A model generated the notes under the pieces. It searched no databases. It was not told the origin of the DNA and saw only the letters and a list, made by a program, of their open reading frames with translations. Both the position numbers and the translations under genes were made by a program. A stretch of DNA of 38,861 bases from Pseudomonadota bacterium (GTDB taxonomy: Bacteria; Pseudomonadota; Alphaproteobacteria; Acetobacterales; Acetobacteraceae), in contig JAJXSZ010000001.1 of assembly GCA_021784255.1 (NCBI GenBank), positions 1 through 38,861 of the forward strand, in the 5' to 3' direction. Each line of letters begins with the position of its first letter. The first letter of the stretch is position 1. Positions 1 to 7,373 of this stretch are shown one piece after another.

Positions 1-376
1 CGGCGAGCGCGGCCGTCGCGATCATCCAGCCCGCCCCTCCCAGAGTGGCCAGGCGCACCGTGGCGAAACGCAGGCCGGCGAGGCGCGGGGGGCCGAGGCG
101 CGGGGAGGCCAGGCGCGGGGGAGCGAGGCGCGGGGGAGCGACCGTCCGCGCGGCGGACCGCAAGGCGAGCATCGCTTCGGCGGCGGCAAACCGGCTGGCA
201 AGCCACCTGCCGGCCGTCAGCATGGGGGCGGGCAGCATGGGGGCGGGCAGCATGGGGGCGGGCAGCAGGGCGGCGGCCAGCAGGGCGGCGGCCAGCAGGG
301 CGGCGGGCGCCATGGTGGCCCCTCGCAGGGCGGCCAGCGCCGCGACCAGCCGCAGGGTGGCTTCCAGCCGCGCCAT
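1..376 (-). CDS. hypothetical protein, 5' portion only (continues past left edge); N-terminus built from 15-bp tandem repeats
   Basis: A minus-strand frame is open from about 480 down to position 1. It is absent from the ORF track because it has no stop in the window. In-frame ATGs lie at 376 and 313. Translation from 313: MAPAALLAAALLAAALLPAPMLPAPMLPAPMLTAGRWLASRFAAAEAMLALRSAARTVAPPRLAPPRLASPRLGPPRLAGLRFATVRLATLGGAGWMIATAALA. Third codon positions are almost all G/C, whereas the mirror + ORF 45..551 is full of rare AGG codons. No family recognised. Confidence 0.35.
   Translation of the reverse strand, partial: MARLEATLRLVAALAALRGATMAPAALLAAALLAAALLPAPMLPAPMLPAPMLTAGRWLASRFAAAEAMLALRSAARTVAPPRLAPPRLASPRLGPPRLAGLRFATVRLATLGGAGWMIATAALA
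76..140. repeat. about 4 x 15 bp imperfect tandem repeat (core AGGCGCGGGG at 81, 96, 111, 126)
   Basis: Read directly from the sequence. On the minus strand it encodes PPRLA/PPRLA/SPRLG/PPRLA. Confidence 0.9.
218..307. repeat. 6 x 15 bp tandem array: 3 x CAGCATGGGGGCGGG then 3 x CAGCAGGGCGGCGGC
   Basis: Read directly from the sequence. The units start at 218, 233, 248, 263, 278 and 293. On the minus strand they encode (AAALL)x3 then (PAPML)x3. Confidence 0.95.
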
Positions 377-475
377 GGCGAGCACACGCTCCACGCCCGC
401 CCGCCCCACCGCGAGGACGCGGCGCCACGCCAACCGCGTGACCACCGCGACCAGAAGGCGGGCGATCGTTCCGGC

Positions 476-1180
476 CTGTGGCTCTACGGCACCCACGCCG
501 TGGCGGCGGCGCTGGCCAATCCCCACCGCCGGCTGCGCCGCCTGCTGCTGACGGAGGCCGCGGAGGAGGCGATCGCGGCACGCCTGCCGCGCCCCTGGGC
601 GATCACGGCCGAGCGCGCAGAGCGCGAGCAGCTCGACCGGCTGCTGGGCCGCGACGCCGTGCACCAGGGGGCCGCGCTGCACGCGGACCCGTTGGTGGCA
701 CCGCCGCTGGCGCAGGTGCTGGAGCGGCCGGGGCCGCTGGTGGTGCTCGACCAGCTGGCGGATCCGCGCAATATCGGCGCGATCCTGCGCTCGGCGGCGG
801 CGCTCGGCGCGGCGGCTGTCATCGTCCAGGAACGCCACGCACCCGAGGAGACGGGGGCACTGGCCAAGGCCGCGTCGGGGGCGCTGGAGACGATGCCGCT
901 GCTGCGTGCCGTCAACATCGCGCGTACGCTGGTGGCGCTGAAGGCAGCGGACCTGTTCGTGGTCGGGCTCGACGCGGCAGCCCCGCCGCTCTCGGGCTCG
1001 GACCTCGCCGATCGGCGCGTGGCCATCGTGCTCGGCGCCGAGGGCGAAGGGCTGCGCCGTCTCACGCGCGAGACCTGCGACACGCTGGCCGGAATTTCGA
1101 TCCAGGGCGGCGGCTTGCTCGACAGCCTCAACGTCTCGGCCGCCTGCGCCATCGCCCTCTACGAGCTGGGCCGGCGCTGA
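476..1180 (+). CDS. rlmB: 23S rRNA (guanosine-2'-O)-methyltransferase RlmB (SpoU/TrmH family)
   Basis: Motifs DPRNIGAILRSAAALG, IVLGAEGEGLRRLTRE and SLNVSAACAIALYE. The ORF-track start GTG 500 would cut off the conserved N-terminal WLYGTHAV (compare E. coli RlmB MSEMIYGIHAV). There is no ATG/GTG/TTG upstream in frame, so CTG 476 is proposed. The end at 1180 is firm. Confidence 0.85.
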   Translation: MWLYGTHAVAAALANPHRRLRRLLLTEAAEEAIAARLPRPWAITAERAEREQLDRLLGRDAVHQGAALHADPLVAPPLAQVLERPGPLVVLDQLADPRNIGAILRSAAALGAAAVIVQERHAPEETGALAKAASGALETMPLLRAVNIARTLVALKAADLFVVGLDAAAPPLSGSDLADRRVAIVLGAEGEGLRRLTRETCDTLAGISIQGGGLLDSLNVSAACAIALYELGRR

Positions 1181-1965
1181 TGGAGGCCGCGACGATCGCT
1201 GCCGCCGTGCTCTCCGCGCGCCGCCGTGGCCCGCCATACGCACCGCTGCCGCCCGACATCGCGCCGCGGACGCTCGAGGAGGGGCTGGCGGCCCAGGTGG
1301 CGCTGGCCCGGATGCTCGATGCCGATCCCCCGGCCGGCTTCAAGATCGGCGCCACGGCCGCGGGTATGCGCGCCTATCTCGGTCTCGGACACCCGCTTGC
1401 CGGGTTCATGCCGCGCGACGGCCTGGTCGCGAGCGGCAGCGTCCTGGACTGGACGGGCGCGCCGCTCGGCGTTGAATGTGAGATCGGCGTGCGCCTGGCG
1501 CGCGACCTGCCGGCGGGACCGTGCGACGCGGCACGGGCGCGGGAAGCCGTCGGCGATGTCTTTGCCGCCATCGAGATCGTCGAGAACCGCTACGGCCCGC
1601 CCCCGGTCGGCGACCTCAAGCTCGTGGGGCCCGCGGGCCTGCTGGCGGACCAGGTGTTCCACCATGGCGGCGTGCTCGGCAGGCCGGCGGCGGATTGGCG
1701 CGCGCTCGATCTCGCCGCGGTGGCCGGGCGCATGTGCGTGGACGGCCAGGAAGTCGGGCACGGCTTCGGTGCCGATCTGCTCGGCGAGCCGATGGCGGCG
1801 CTGGCCTGGCTTGCCGGCTCCGCCGAGGCCGCTGCGTTCGGCGGTCTGCGCGAGGGGCAGGTGGTGCTGCTGGGCAGCGTGACGCCGCCGATCTGGCTCG
1901 CCGGCCCGTGCACCGTGGACGTCGCCTTCGCCGGACTGGGCGAAGCCACCGTCCGGTTCGCTTAA
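1180..1965 (+). CDS. 2-keto-4-pentenoate hydratase / FAH-fold hydratase-decarboxylase family protein
   Basis: Internal ATG 1180 of ORF 478..1965 overlaps the rlmB stop (TGATG). From here the sequence is protein-like (GFKIGATAAGMRAYLG, ECEIGVRLARDLP, AAIEIVENRY, GQVVLLGSVTPP). The upstream part of the ORF is R/G/A-rich noise. Confidence 0.7.
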   Translation: MEAATIAAAVLSARRRGPPYAPLPPDIAPRTLEEGLAAQVALARMLDADPPAGFKIGATAAGMRAYLGLGHPLAGFMPRDGLVASGSVLDWTGAPLGVECEIGVRLARDLPAGPCDAARAREAVGDVFAAIEIVENRYGPPPVGDLKLVGPAGLLADQVFHHGGVLGRPAADWRALDLAAVAGRMCVDGQEVGHGFGADLLGEPMAALAWLAGSAEAAAFGGLREGQVVLLGSVTPPIWLAGPCTVDVAFAGLGEATVRFA

Positions 1966-2064
1966 CCGGGCGTCAAGCGGCGGCGGGCAAAAGAGGGGTC
2001 CGCCGCGACCGCGGCGCTCCTCGCCAGAACGGCATCAGTTGGGAAACCCCCGCGGAGGCCGCGC

Positions 2065-2418
2065 ATGCCGAGACGTCGAACCGAACCATCTGTCATTTCC
2101 CAGTCGCGCGCGCGCCAGGCGCGAGAGCTTCAGCCGCGCTTCGATGCGCCGGCCGGCGCCGCACAGAGCGCCCGCATGCCCGAATACGGCATGCCGTGCT
2201 GCGACTGGGCGCTGCTGTCGGAGCCTTTGCAACTCGCGGTCGCGCGCGAGGCGCTGATGCGGGCGGCGGAAACCATCGCCGGGCAGGCGATGGTGCTGGC
2301 CGCGGAGATGGACGATGGCGCGCTGCCCGACCGCGGCGGCGCCGAGGCGCTGCGCCTCTTCGCCGCCGTGGTGCGCGTCACCGGCCGGGAGCGAAACGCC
2401 CCGGCCGGCCACGCGTAG
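2065..2418 (+). CDS. hypothetical small protein (117 aa)
   Basis: ATG 2065 is preceded by GGAGG with a 6-nt spacer (2053-2057). The C-terminal 80 codons have very high GC3 and read as helical protein (CCDWALLSEPLQLAVAREALMRAAETIAGQAMVLAAEMDDGALPDRGGAEALRLFAAVVRV). No family recognised. An alternative start is ATG 2176. Confidence 0.5.
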   Translation: MPRRRTEPSVISQSRARQARELQPRFDAPAGAAQSARMPEYGMPCCDWALLSEPLQLAVAREALMRAAETIAGQAMVLAAEMDDGALPDRGGAEALRLFAAVVRVTGRERNAPAGHA

Positions 2419-2425
2419 AGACCGG

Positions 2426-3868
2426 TCAGCCGGCCTTCACGGTCGGGTTGAGTGCCACGTAGGCGGCGTGGCCGTTGCGCATCACCCGCAACGCGATCGG
2501 CTTGCCGGCGTTCTCGGCCTGGCGGAGCACCCGCACCGCCGCCTGGGGCGAGTCGACCGTCTGCGCGCCCACGGCGGTGATCACGTCGCCCTGCTGCAAC
2601 CCCGCCTGAGCCGCGGGCGAGCCGGGCTGCACGCCGGCAACGACGGCCCCCATGATGTCGCTGGGCAGGCCCAGCTGGCTGCGCGTGTTCGGCGTGATCG
2701 GCGCGAGGGCGAGCCCGATCCGCCCCTGCCCATGATGCGGAGCGGCCGAGGCGGTCCTGCCATTGGGCAGCGTCGCCAGCGCGACCGTCAGCGTCCTGAT
2801 CTCGCCCTTGCGGATGTACTTGATCGGCGTTTGCGTGCCCGGCCGGATCGCCGCGATGTCGATCGCAAGATCGCGTGCCGACTTGATCGGCTGGCCGTTG
2901 ACGTCGCGGATCACGTCGCCGGGCTGGAACCCTGCCCGCTGCGCCGGGCTGTTCGGCTCGACCGTCGCCACCAGCGCGCCGTCCGTGACGCCGTGTGGCA
3001 GGCCGAGGGCGCTCGCCATCTCCGGCGTCACCGGCTGCGCCGAGACGCCGAGATAGCCGCGGGTGACGGAGCCATGCGCCTCGATCTGGGCCACGACGTT
3101 CTTGACCATATCCGAGGGAATGGCAAAGCCGATGCCGACCGAGCCGCCGGAGGGCGAAATGATCGCGGTATCGACGCCGATCACCTGCCCCTGCTGGTTG
3201 AACAGCGGGCCACCGGAGTTGCCGGGATTGATCGGCGCGTCGATCTGGATGAAGTCGTCATAGGGTCCGGCGCCGATATCGCGCCCGCGCGCCGAGACGA
3301 TGCCCGCCGTCACCGTGCCGCCGAGCCCGTAGGGGTTGCCCATCGCGACCACCCATTGCCCGGGCACGACATTGTTGCTTTGGCCGAGCTGCAGATAGGG
3401 CAGCGGCTTGCCGGCATTGACGCGCAGCACCGCGAGATCGGTGCGCGGATCGGTGCCGATGACCTTCGCCTTGAGATGCTGGCCGTCCGACAGCGTCACC
3501 ATCACCTCGCGCGCATTCTTGACCACGTGGTTGTTGGTGACGATGGTGCCGTTGGCATCGACGAGGAAGCCGGAGCCCTTCGCCTCCTGGGCTTGCTGCT
3601 GCTGCGGAACCCGGAACATGCCGAACGGCGTCGGAATGGTCTCGACCGAGGCGTTCTGGATCCTGAGGTGGTTGGTGATGGACACCACCGCCGGACGGAC
3701 GCTGGTGGCAAGGCTCGAGAAGTCGGGCAGCGTCGGCGCCGACGCCACCTTGATCGGCGCGCTGGTTTCGGCGCGCCCGACGGCGATGCCGCCGAGGACG
3801 GAGCCGGCCAGCAGGACGGCGACCAGCGCGACGCGGGTCGTCCGACGATGTGCAAGCAGGTGTTGCAT
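2426..3868 (-). CDS. degP: periplasmic serine endoprotease DegP/HtrA (Do family, two PDZ domains)
   Basis: Catalytic motifs TNNHVV, D in TDLAVL, and GNSGGPLF, followed by two PDZ-like repeats. The start is taken at MQHLLAHRRTTRVALVAVLLAG (signal peptide), preceded by AGGGGGA. The ORF-track start 3985 adds an implausible 39-aa leader. Confidence 0.9.
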   Translation of the reverse strand: MQHLLAHRRTTRVALVAVLLAGSVLGGIAVGRAETSAPIKVASAPTLPDFSSLATSVRPAVVSITNHLRIQNASVETIPTPFGMFRVPQQQQAQEAKGSGFLVDANGTIVTNNHVVKNAREVMVTLSDGQHLKAKVIGTDPRTDLAVLRVNAGKPLPYLQLGQSNNVVPGQWVVAMGNPYGLGGTVTAGIVSARGRDIGAGPYDDFIQIDAPINPGNSGGPLFNQQGQVIGVDTAIISPSGGSVGIGFAIPSDMVKNVVAQIEAHGSVTRGYLGVSAQPVTPEMASALGLPHGVTDGALVATVEPNSPAQRAGFQPGDVIRDVNGQPIKSARDLAIDIAAIRPGTQTPIKYIRKGEIRTLTVALATLPNGRTASAAPHHGQGRIGLALAPITPNTRSQLGLPSDIMGAVVAGVQPGSPAAQAGLQQGDVITAVGAQTVDSPQAAVRVLRQAENAGKPIALRVMRNGHAAYVALNPTVKAG

Positions 3869-4067
3869 GGGTTTCGATCCCCCTTGAATGATGGCATCTG
3901 TGGTCGGCGGGGCGTGCCCGCTCTTCGCCCAACATGGGGCGGCGGTACCGACCGGCCAGTGGCATGTCGGTGAAAGGCCGGACACGTGACGATCGTTTCA
4001 GGGTCGTGAAAGGTGCGGGCCCGGGAACGATCCGCGGGCCGGAAGCCGGGCGAGGGCGCCGCCCAGG

Positions 4068-4096
4068 TTGCCGCCGCGGCCGCCGCCGCGCTAATT
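4068..4096 (+). promoter_or_regulatory. candidate sigma70-type promoter for tRNA-Thr (TTGCCG-N17-CTAATT)
   Basis: TTGCCG lies at 4068-4073 and CTAATT at 4091-4096, the only AT-rich hexamer in a GC-rich stretch. It ends 11 nt before the mature tRNA 5' end. Confidence 0.35.
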
Positions 4097-4107
4097 CGCG
4101 CCGCGAC

Positions 4108-4182
4108 GCCGGGTTAGCACAGCGGTAGTGCAGCGGTTTTGTAAACCGAAGGTCGGGGGTTCAAATCCCTCACCCGGCACCA
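4108..4182 (+). tRNA. tRNA-Thr (anticodon UGU), CCA encoded
   Basis: Cloverleaf folded by hand: acceptor GCCGGGT/ACCCGGC, D arm GCAC-AGCGGTA-GTGC, anticodon arm GCGGT-TTTGTAA-ACCGA (anticodon TGT), variable AGGTC, T arm GGGGG-TTCAAAT-CCCTC, discriminator A, then CCA. Confidence 0.93.
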
Positions 4183-4208
4183 TCGCCCTCGCCAGGTGCG
4201 GCACCAGG

Positions 4209-4673
4209 TCAGGTCCGCAGTTCCTTGAAGAAGGCGCGCAGCAGCTCGCCGCACTCCGCCTCGCGCAGGCCCCCGACGACCTCCGGGACGTGCATGCAGC
4301 CTGGCGCGGCGAAGACCCGGGCGCCGTGCTCCACCGCGCCGCCCTTGGGATCGTAGGCACCGAAGATGACGCGGCGGAGACGGAAATGCACCGCCGCGCC
4401 GGCACACATCGCGCAGGGCTCGAGGGTCACATAGAGATCGCAGCCGGCCAGGCGCCCGCCGCTCGGCCCGCCCAGCGCCCGGGCGGCCCGTTGCATCGCC
4501 AGCAGCTCGGCATGGGCGGAGGCATCGTGCCCCGCCTCGACCTCGTTGCCCGCCGCGGCCAGCACCCTGCCGTCGGGCGCGACGACGACGGCGCCGACCG
4601 GCACCTCGCCGCGTGCGCCGGCCAGCCTCGCCTGCGCCAACGCCGCCGCCATGCCGCCGCTTGCCGAACTCAT
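4209..4673 (-). CDS. tadA: tRNA adenosine(34) deaminase TadA
   Basis: CDA-fold zinc motifs HAELLAM and TLEPCAMCAGA. The size of about 150 aa fits the family. Confidence 0.88.
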   Translation of the reverse strand: MSSASGGMAAALAQARLAGARGEVPVGAVVVAPDGRVLAAAGNEVEAGHDASAHAELLAMQRAARALGGPSGGRLAGCDLYVTLEPCAMCAGAAVHFRLRRVIFGAYDPKGGAVEHGARVFAAPGCMHVPEVVGGLREAECGELLRAFFKELRT

Positions 4674-4696
4674 GGCGGCGAGCGTAGCAATCCGGC

Positions 4697-5413
4697 ATGT
4701 CCCGCACCAACCCGCCAGCGATCGGCATCACTCTCGATTCCGAGGGATCGGGTGGCTATTCGAAATACGCCTGGTACGCCCTGCGCCAGAACTACGCCGC
4801 CGCAGTCGCCGCCGCGGGCGGGCTGCCGCTGGCGCTGGCGCACCTGCCGGAGCTCGCGGAGGCGATGCTCGACCGGCTGGACGCGCTGGTCATCACCGGC
4901 GGCGCCTTCGATGTCGGGCCGGAGCTTTATGGCGAGTCGGCAATGCACACGGCGACGACGCTGAAAGCCGCGCGCACCGCGGCCGAGCTGGCCTTGCTGC
5001 GCGGTGCGCTCAACCGCGACATGCCGGTGCTGGGCATCTGCGGCGGCGAGCAGCTGCTGGCCGTCGGCCTGGGCGGCACGCTGATCCAGCACATTCCGGA
5101 CGCGATCCATAACCCACTGGCGCACGAGCAGCCCAACCCACGCCACGAGCCTGGTCATCCGGTCGCGATCACACCGGGCAGCCGCCTTGCTGCGATCACC
5201 GCCGAGACCGGGCTCCTGGTCAACTCCGCGCACCACCAGGCGGTGCGCACGCCGGGCCAGGCACGCGTCAACGCCACGGCGCCGGACGGCGTGATCGAGG
5301 GCATCGAGGATCCCTCCCGCCGCTTCTGCATCGGTGTGCAATGGCACCCCGAGTTCCTCATCAACGCCGCCGACCGGCGCCTGTTCGATGCCCTCGTCGC
5401 CGCCTGCACCTGA
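4697..5413 (+). CDS. class I glutamine amidotransferase, gamma-glutamyl-GABA hydrolase (PuuD/peptidase C26)-like
   Basis: Nucleophile elbow GICGGEQLL, plus HHQAV and VQWHPE near the C-terminus. Confidence 0.8.
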   Translation: MSRTNPPAIGITLDSEGSGGYSKYAWYALRQNYAAAVAAAGGLPLALAHLPELAEAMLDRLDALVITGGAFDVGPELYGESAMHTATTLKAARTAAELALLRGALNRDMPVLGICGGEQLLAVGLGGTLIQHIPDAIHNPLAHEQPNPRHEPGHPVAITPGSRLAAITAETGLLVNSAHHQAVRTPGQARVNATAPDGVIEGIEDPSRRFCIGVQWHPEFLINAADRRLFDALVAACT

Positions 5414-6137
5414 CGCCGCCCTGCAGGCGGAACGCGGCGAGCGGATCGCCAAATTTCTGGCCCGCGCCGGCGTCGCCTCGCGGCGCGACGCGGAACAGAT
5501 GATCGCGGCCGGGCGCGTCACGCTCAACGGCGCGCCCGTCACCCATCCGGCAACCTTCGTTACGGGAGCGGACGCGGTGCTGGTGGACGGCAAACCGGTC
5601 GGCGTCGAGCGCACCCGGCTGTTCCGCTACCACAAGCCCGTGGGGCTGGTGACGACGCATCGCGACCCAGAGGGCAGGCCCACCGTGTTCGCTCGCCTGC
5701 CGGCCGGCCTGCCGCGGCTCATCTCCGTCGGCAGGCTCGACCTCACCAGCGAGGGTTTGTTGCTGCTCACCAACGACGGCGAGCTGGCGCGCAGGCTCGA
5801 GCTGCCGTCCAACGGATGGCTGCGGCGCTATCGCGTGCGCGTGCACGGCCAGCCGGAGCCCGCAGCGCTGGCCAGGCTCGCGCGCGGCGTTACCGTCGAT
5901 GGCATCGCCTACGGACCGATCGAGGCCGTGCTCGACGCCACCAAGGGCGACAACGCCTGGCTCAGCATGACGCTGCGCGAGGGGCGCAATCGCGAGATCC
6001 GCCGCGTGCTGGCGTATCTCGGCTTCCGCGTCAGCCGTCTGATCCGCCTCGCCTACGGGCCGTTCCAGCTCGGCACCCTGCCGCGCGGCGCGGTCGCCGA
6101 GGTGCCGCCCAAGGTGGTGCGGGAACAGCTCGGCTGA
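5388..6137 (+). CDS. pseudouridine synthase, RsuA/RluB family with N-terminal S4 domain
   Basis: ERIAKFLARAGVASRRDAEQMIAAGRVTLNG (S4 domain), catalytic GRLDLTSEGLLLLTNDG, and NREIRR. The start is uncertain: ATG 5388 overlaps the previous gene by 26 nt, and the ORF-track start 5334 is less likely. Confidence 0.82.
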   Translation: MPSSPPAPDAALQAERGERIAKFLARAGVASRRDAEQMIAAGRVTLNGAPVTHPATFVTGADAVLVDGKPVGVERTRLFRYHKPVGLVTTHRDPEGRPTVFARLPAGLPRLISVGRLDLTSEGLLLLTNDGELARRLELPSNGWLRRYRVRVHGQPEPAALARLARGVTVDGIAYGPIEAVLDATKGDNAWLSMTLREGRNREIRRVLAYLGFRVSRLIRLAYGPFQLGTLPRGAVAEVPPKVVREQLG

Positions 6138-6691
6138 TGCGCATCGTCGCCGGACGCTGGCGCGGCCACAGCCTCGCCGCTCCGGCCAGCACGGCGACGC
6201 GCCCGACCTCCGACCGCGCACGCCAGGCGATCTTCGACCGCCTGGCGCATGCGCCGTGGGCGGCAGGCGTGCTGGAGGACGCGACGGTGCTCGATGCCTT
6301 TGCGGGAACCGGCGCGCTGGGGCTGGAAGCGCTCTCGCGCGGGGCGGCGCGCGCCTGGTTCATGGAGACCGATGCTGCGGCACGGCGGGCGCTGGCCGCC
6401 AACATCGCAGCCTGCCGTGCGGGAAATGCAACGATCCTCGCCGCCGACGCAACGCACCCGCCACGAGGTCAGGCCTGCACGCTGGTCTTCCTCGATCCAC
6501 CCTATGGCAAGGGGCTCATCGCACTGGCGCTCCCGGCGTTGCGGGCCGCGGGCTGGATCGCCCCCGGCGCACTGCTGGTCTGTGAGACGGCGCGCGACGC
6601 CGCGCTCGACCTCGGCACGCCACTCGCCATCACCGCCTGCGGCGCGGCGCGCGTCACGTTCCTTCGCGAAACAGCCGGCCCCAGCCCCTGA
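6137..6691 (+). CDS. rsmD: 16S rRNA (guanine966-N2)-methyltransferase RsmD
   Basis: MRIVAGRWRGHSL, RPTSDRARQAIFD, LDAFAGTGALGLEALSRGA and LDPPY. ATG 6137 overlaps the upstream stop (TGATG). Confidence 0.85.
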   Translation: MRIVAGRWRGHSLAAPASTATRPTSDRARQAIFDRLAHAPWAAGVLEDATVLDAFAGTGALGLEALSRGAARAWFMETDAAARRALAANIAACRAGNATILAADATHPPRGQACTLVFLDPPYGKGLIALALPALRAAGWIAPGALLVCETARDAALDLGTPLAITACGAARVTFLRETAGPSP

Positions 6692-7373
6692 CGGCGCGCG
6701 GATCGCCACCGGCGAGGCGCAGCGAGTCCCACACGACCGTTGCGATCGTATCGAGCACGAGAATGCCGGTCTCGGCCTCCAGTGTTTCGGCCAGCGCCGC
6801 CGCGTGCAGGTTGGTGCAGATGATGGCGATCGCCTCCGGGCGTGCCGCCGCCACCTCGCGCGCCATCGCGGCGATCCGCTCCTGGGGCACGTCGGCGAAG
6901 GCGAAATTCTCCGCGATCCCAAGGTGGCGTTCCGCTACCGTCTCGATACCGAGTGCAGCGTAATTGGCCTGGATGCGCGCCTGCACGTCCTGGGTGTAGG
7001 GCGTCACCAGGCCCATCCGGCGCACGCCGCGCGCCGCCAGGATATCGTTGAGCGCCAGCATCGAGGTGGTGGCAGGAATACCGGTCGACCCCGCGATGCC
7101 GGCGCAGAGCCGGCGGTCCACATCGAAGCCGAGCCAGCCGCCGGAGGTGCCGTTCCAGCCGATCGCCGCGACGCGCGCGTCGGCGAGCAGCGACGCCGCA
7201 TGCAGCATCGGCGCGTCGTCGAACTGCGCAAGACCCGCCTGCGACAGCGTGATTTCAGTGACGCGGAAACGCGCAACGTGCAGGCTCGCGACGCCAGCGA
7301 GCATCGCAGCGGTAATCGGCTCCAACGCCGTGTTGGAACTGGGGGTGAGCATGCCTAAGCGCGGGAGGGTCAT
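6654..7373 (-). CDS. Asp/Glu racemase superfamily protein (maleate isomerase / arylmalonate decarboxylase-like)
   Basis: GMLTPSSNTALEP, GWNGTSGGW, LVTPY and ICTNL are typical of the maleate cis-trans isomerase family. Its ATG overlaps the mutL stop (ATGA). Confidence 0.7.
   Translation of the reverse strand: MTLPRLGMLTPSSNTALEPITAAMLAGVASLHVARFRVTEITLSQAGLAQFDDAPMLHAASLLADARVAAIGWNGTSGGWLGFDVDRRLCAGIAGSTGIPATTSMLALNDILAARGVRRMGLVTPYTQDVQARIQANYAALGIETVAERHLGIAENFAFADVPQERIAAMAREVAAARPEAIAIICTNLHAAALAETLEAETGILVLDTIATVVWDSLRLAGGDPRAVRGWGRLFREGT

Noticed and set aside
218-307. Tandem arrays considered as CRISPR (also 37068-37127).
   Set aside because: The units are contiguous 15-mers with no spacers, they lie inside ORFs, and no cas genes are present.
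45-551. A + strand ORF of 168 aa with GAGSM and AASR repeats.
   Set aside because: It is the mirror image of the minus-strand repeat-bearing ORF. It is full of AGG/CGA Arg codons that are rare in high-GC genomes, and it would collide with rlmB. Treated as a shadow ORF.
2315-3973. A long + strand ORF (552 aa) antisense to degP. Similar giants occur at 8809..11376, 10707..12077, 13505..15523, 24013..26307, 26409..27539, 32367..34298 and 33691..34947.
   Set aside because: These are typical stop-free shadow frames of 70% GC DNA. Their translations are Arg/Gly/Ala/Pro/Asp-rich with no recognisable motifs, and each lies opposite a gene with clear family signatures.
3869-4067. GTGAAAGG direct repeats (3969-76 and 4006-13), and GGGAAC / GAAAC-type elements considered as an ECF (sigma-E-like) promoter for degP.
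   Set aside because: The spacing and the -10 half do not match any ECF consensus I can state with confidence. The evidence is too weak to report as a feature.
4108-4182. tRNA-Thr as a possible integration site of a genomic island.
   Set aside because: There is no integrase, no direct repeat of the tRNA 3' end that I could find downstream, and no compositional break. The flanking genes (degP, tadA) are core genes.
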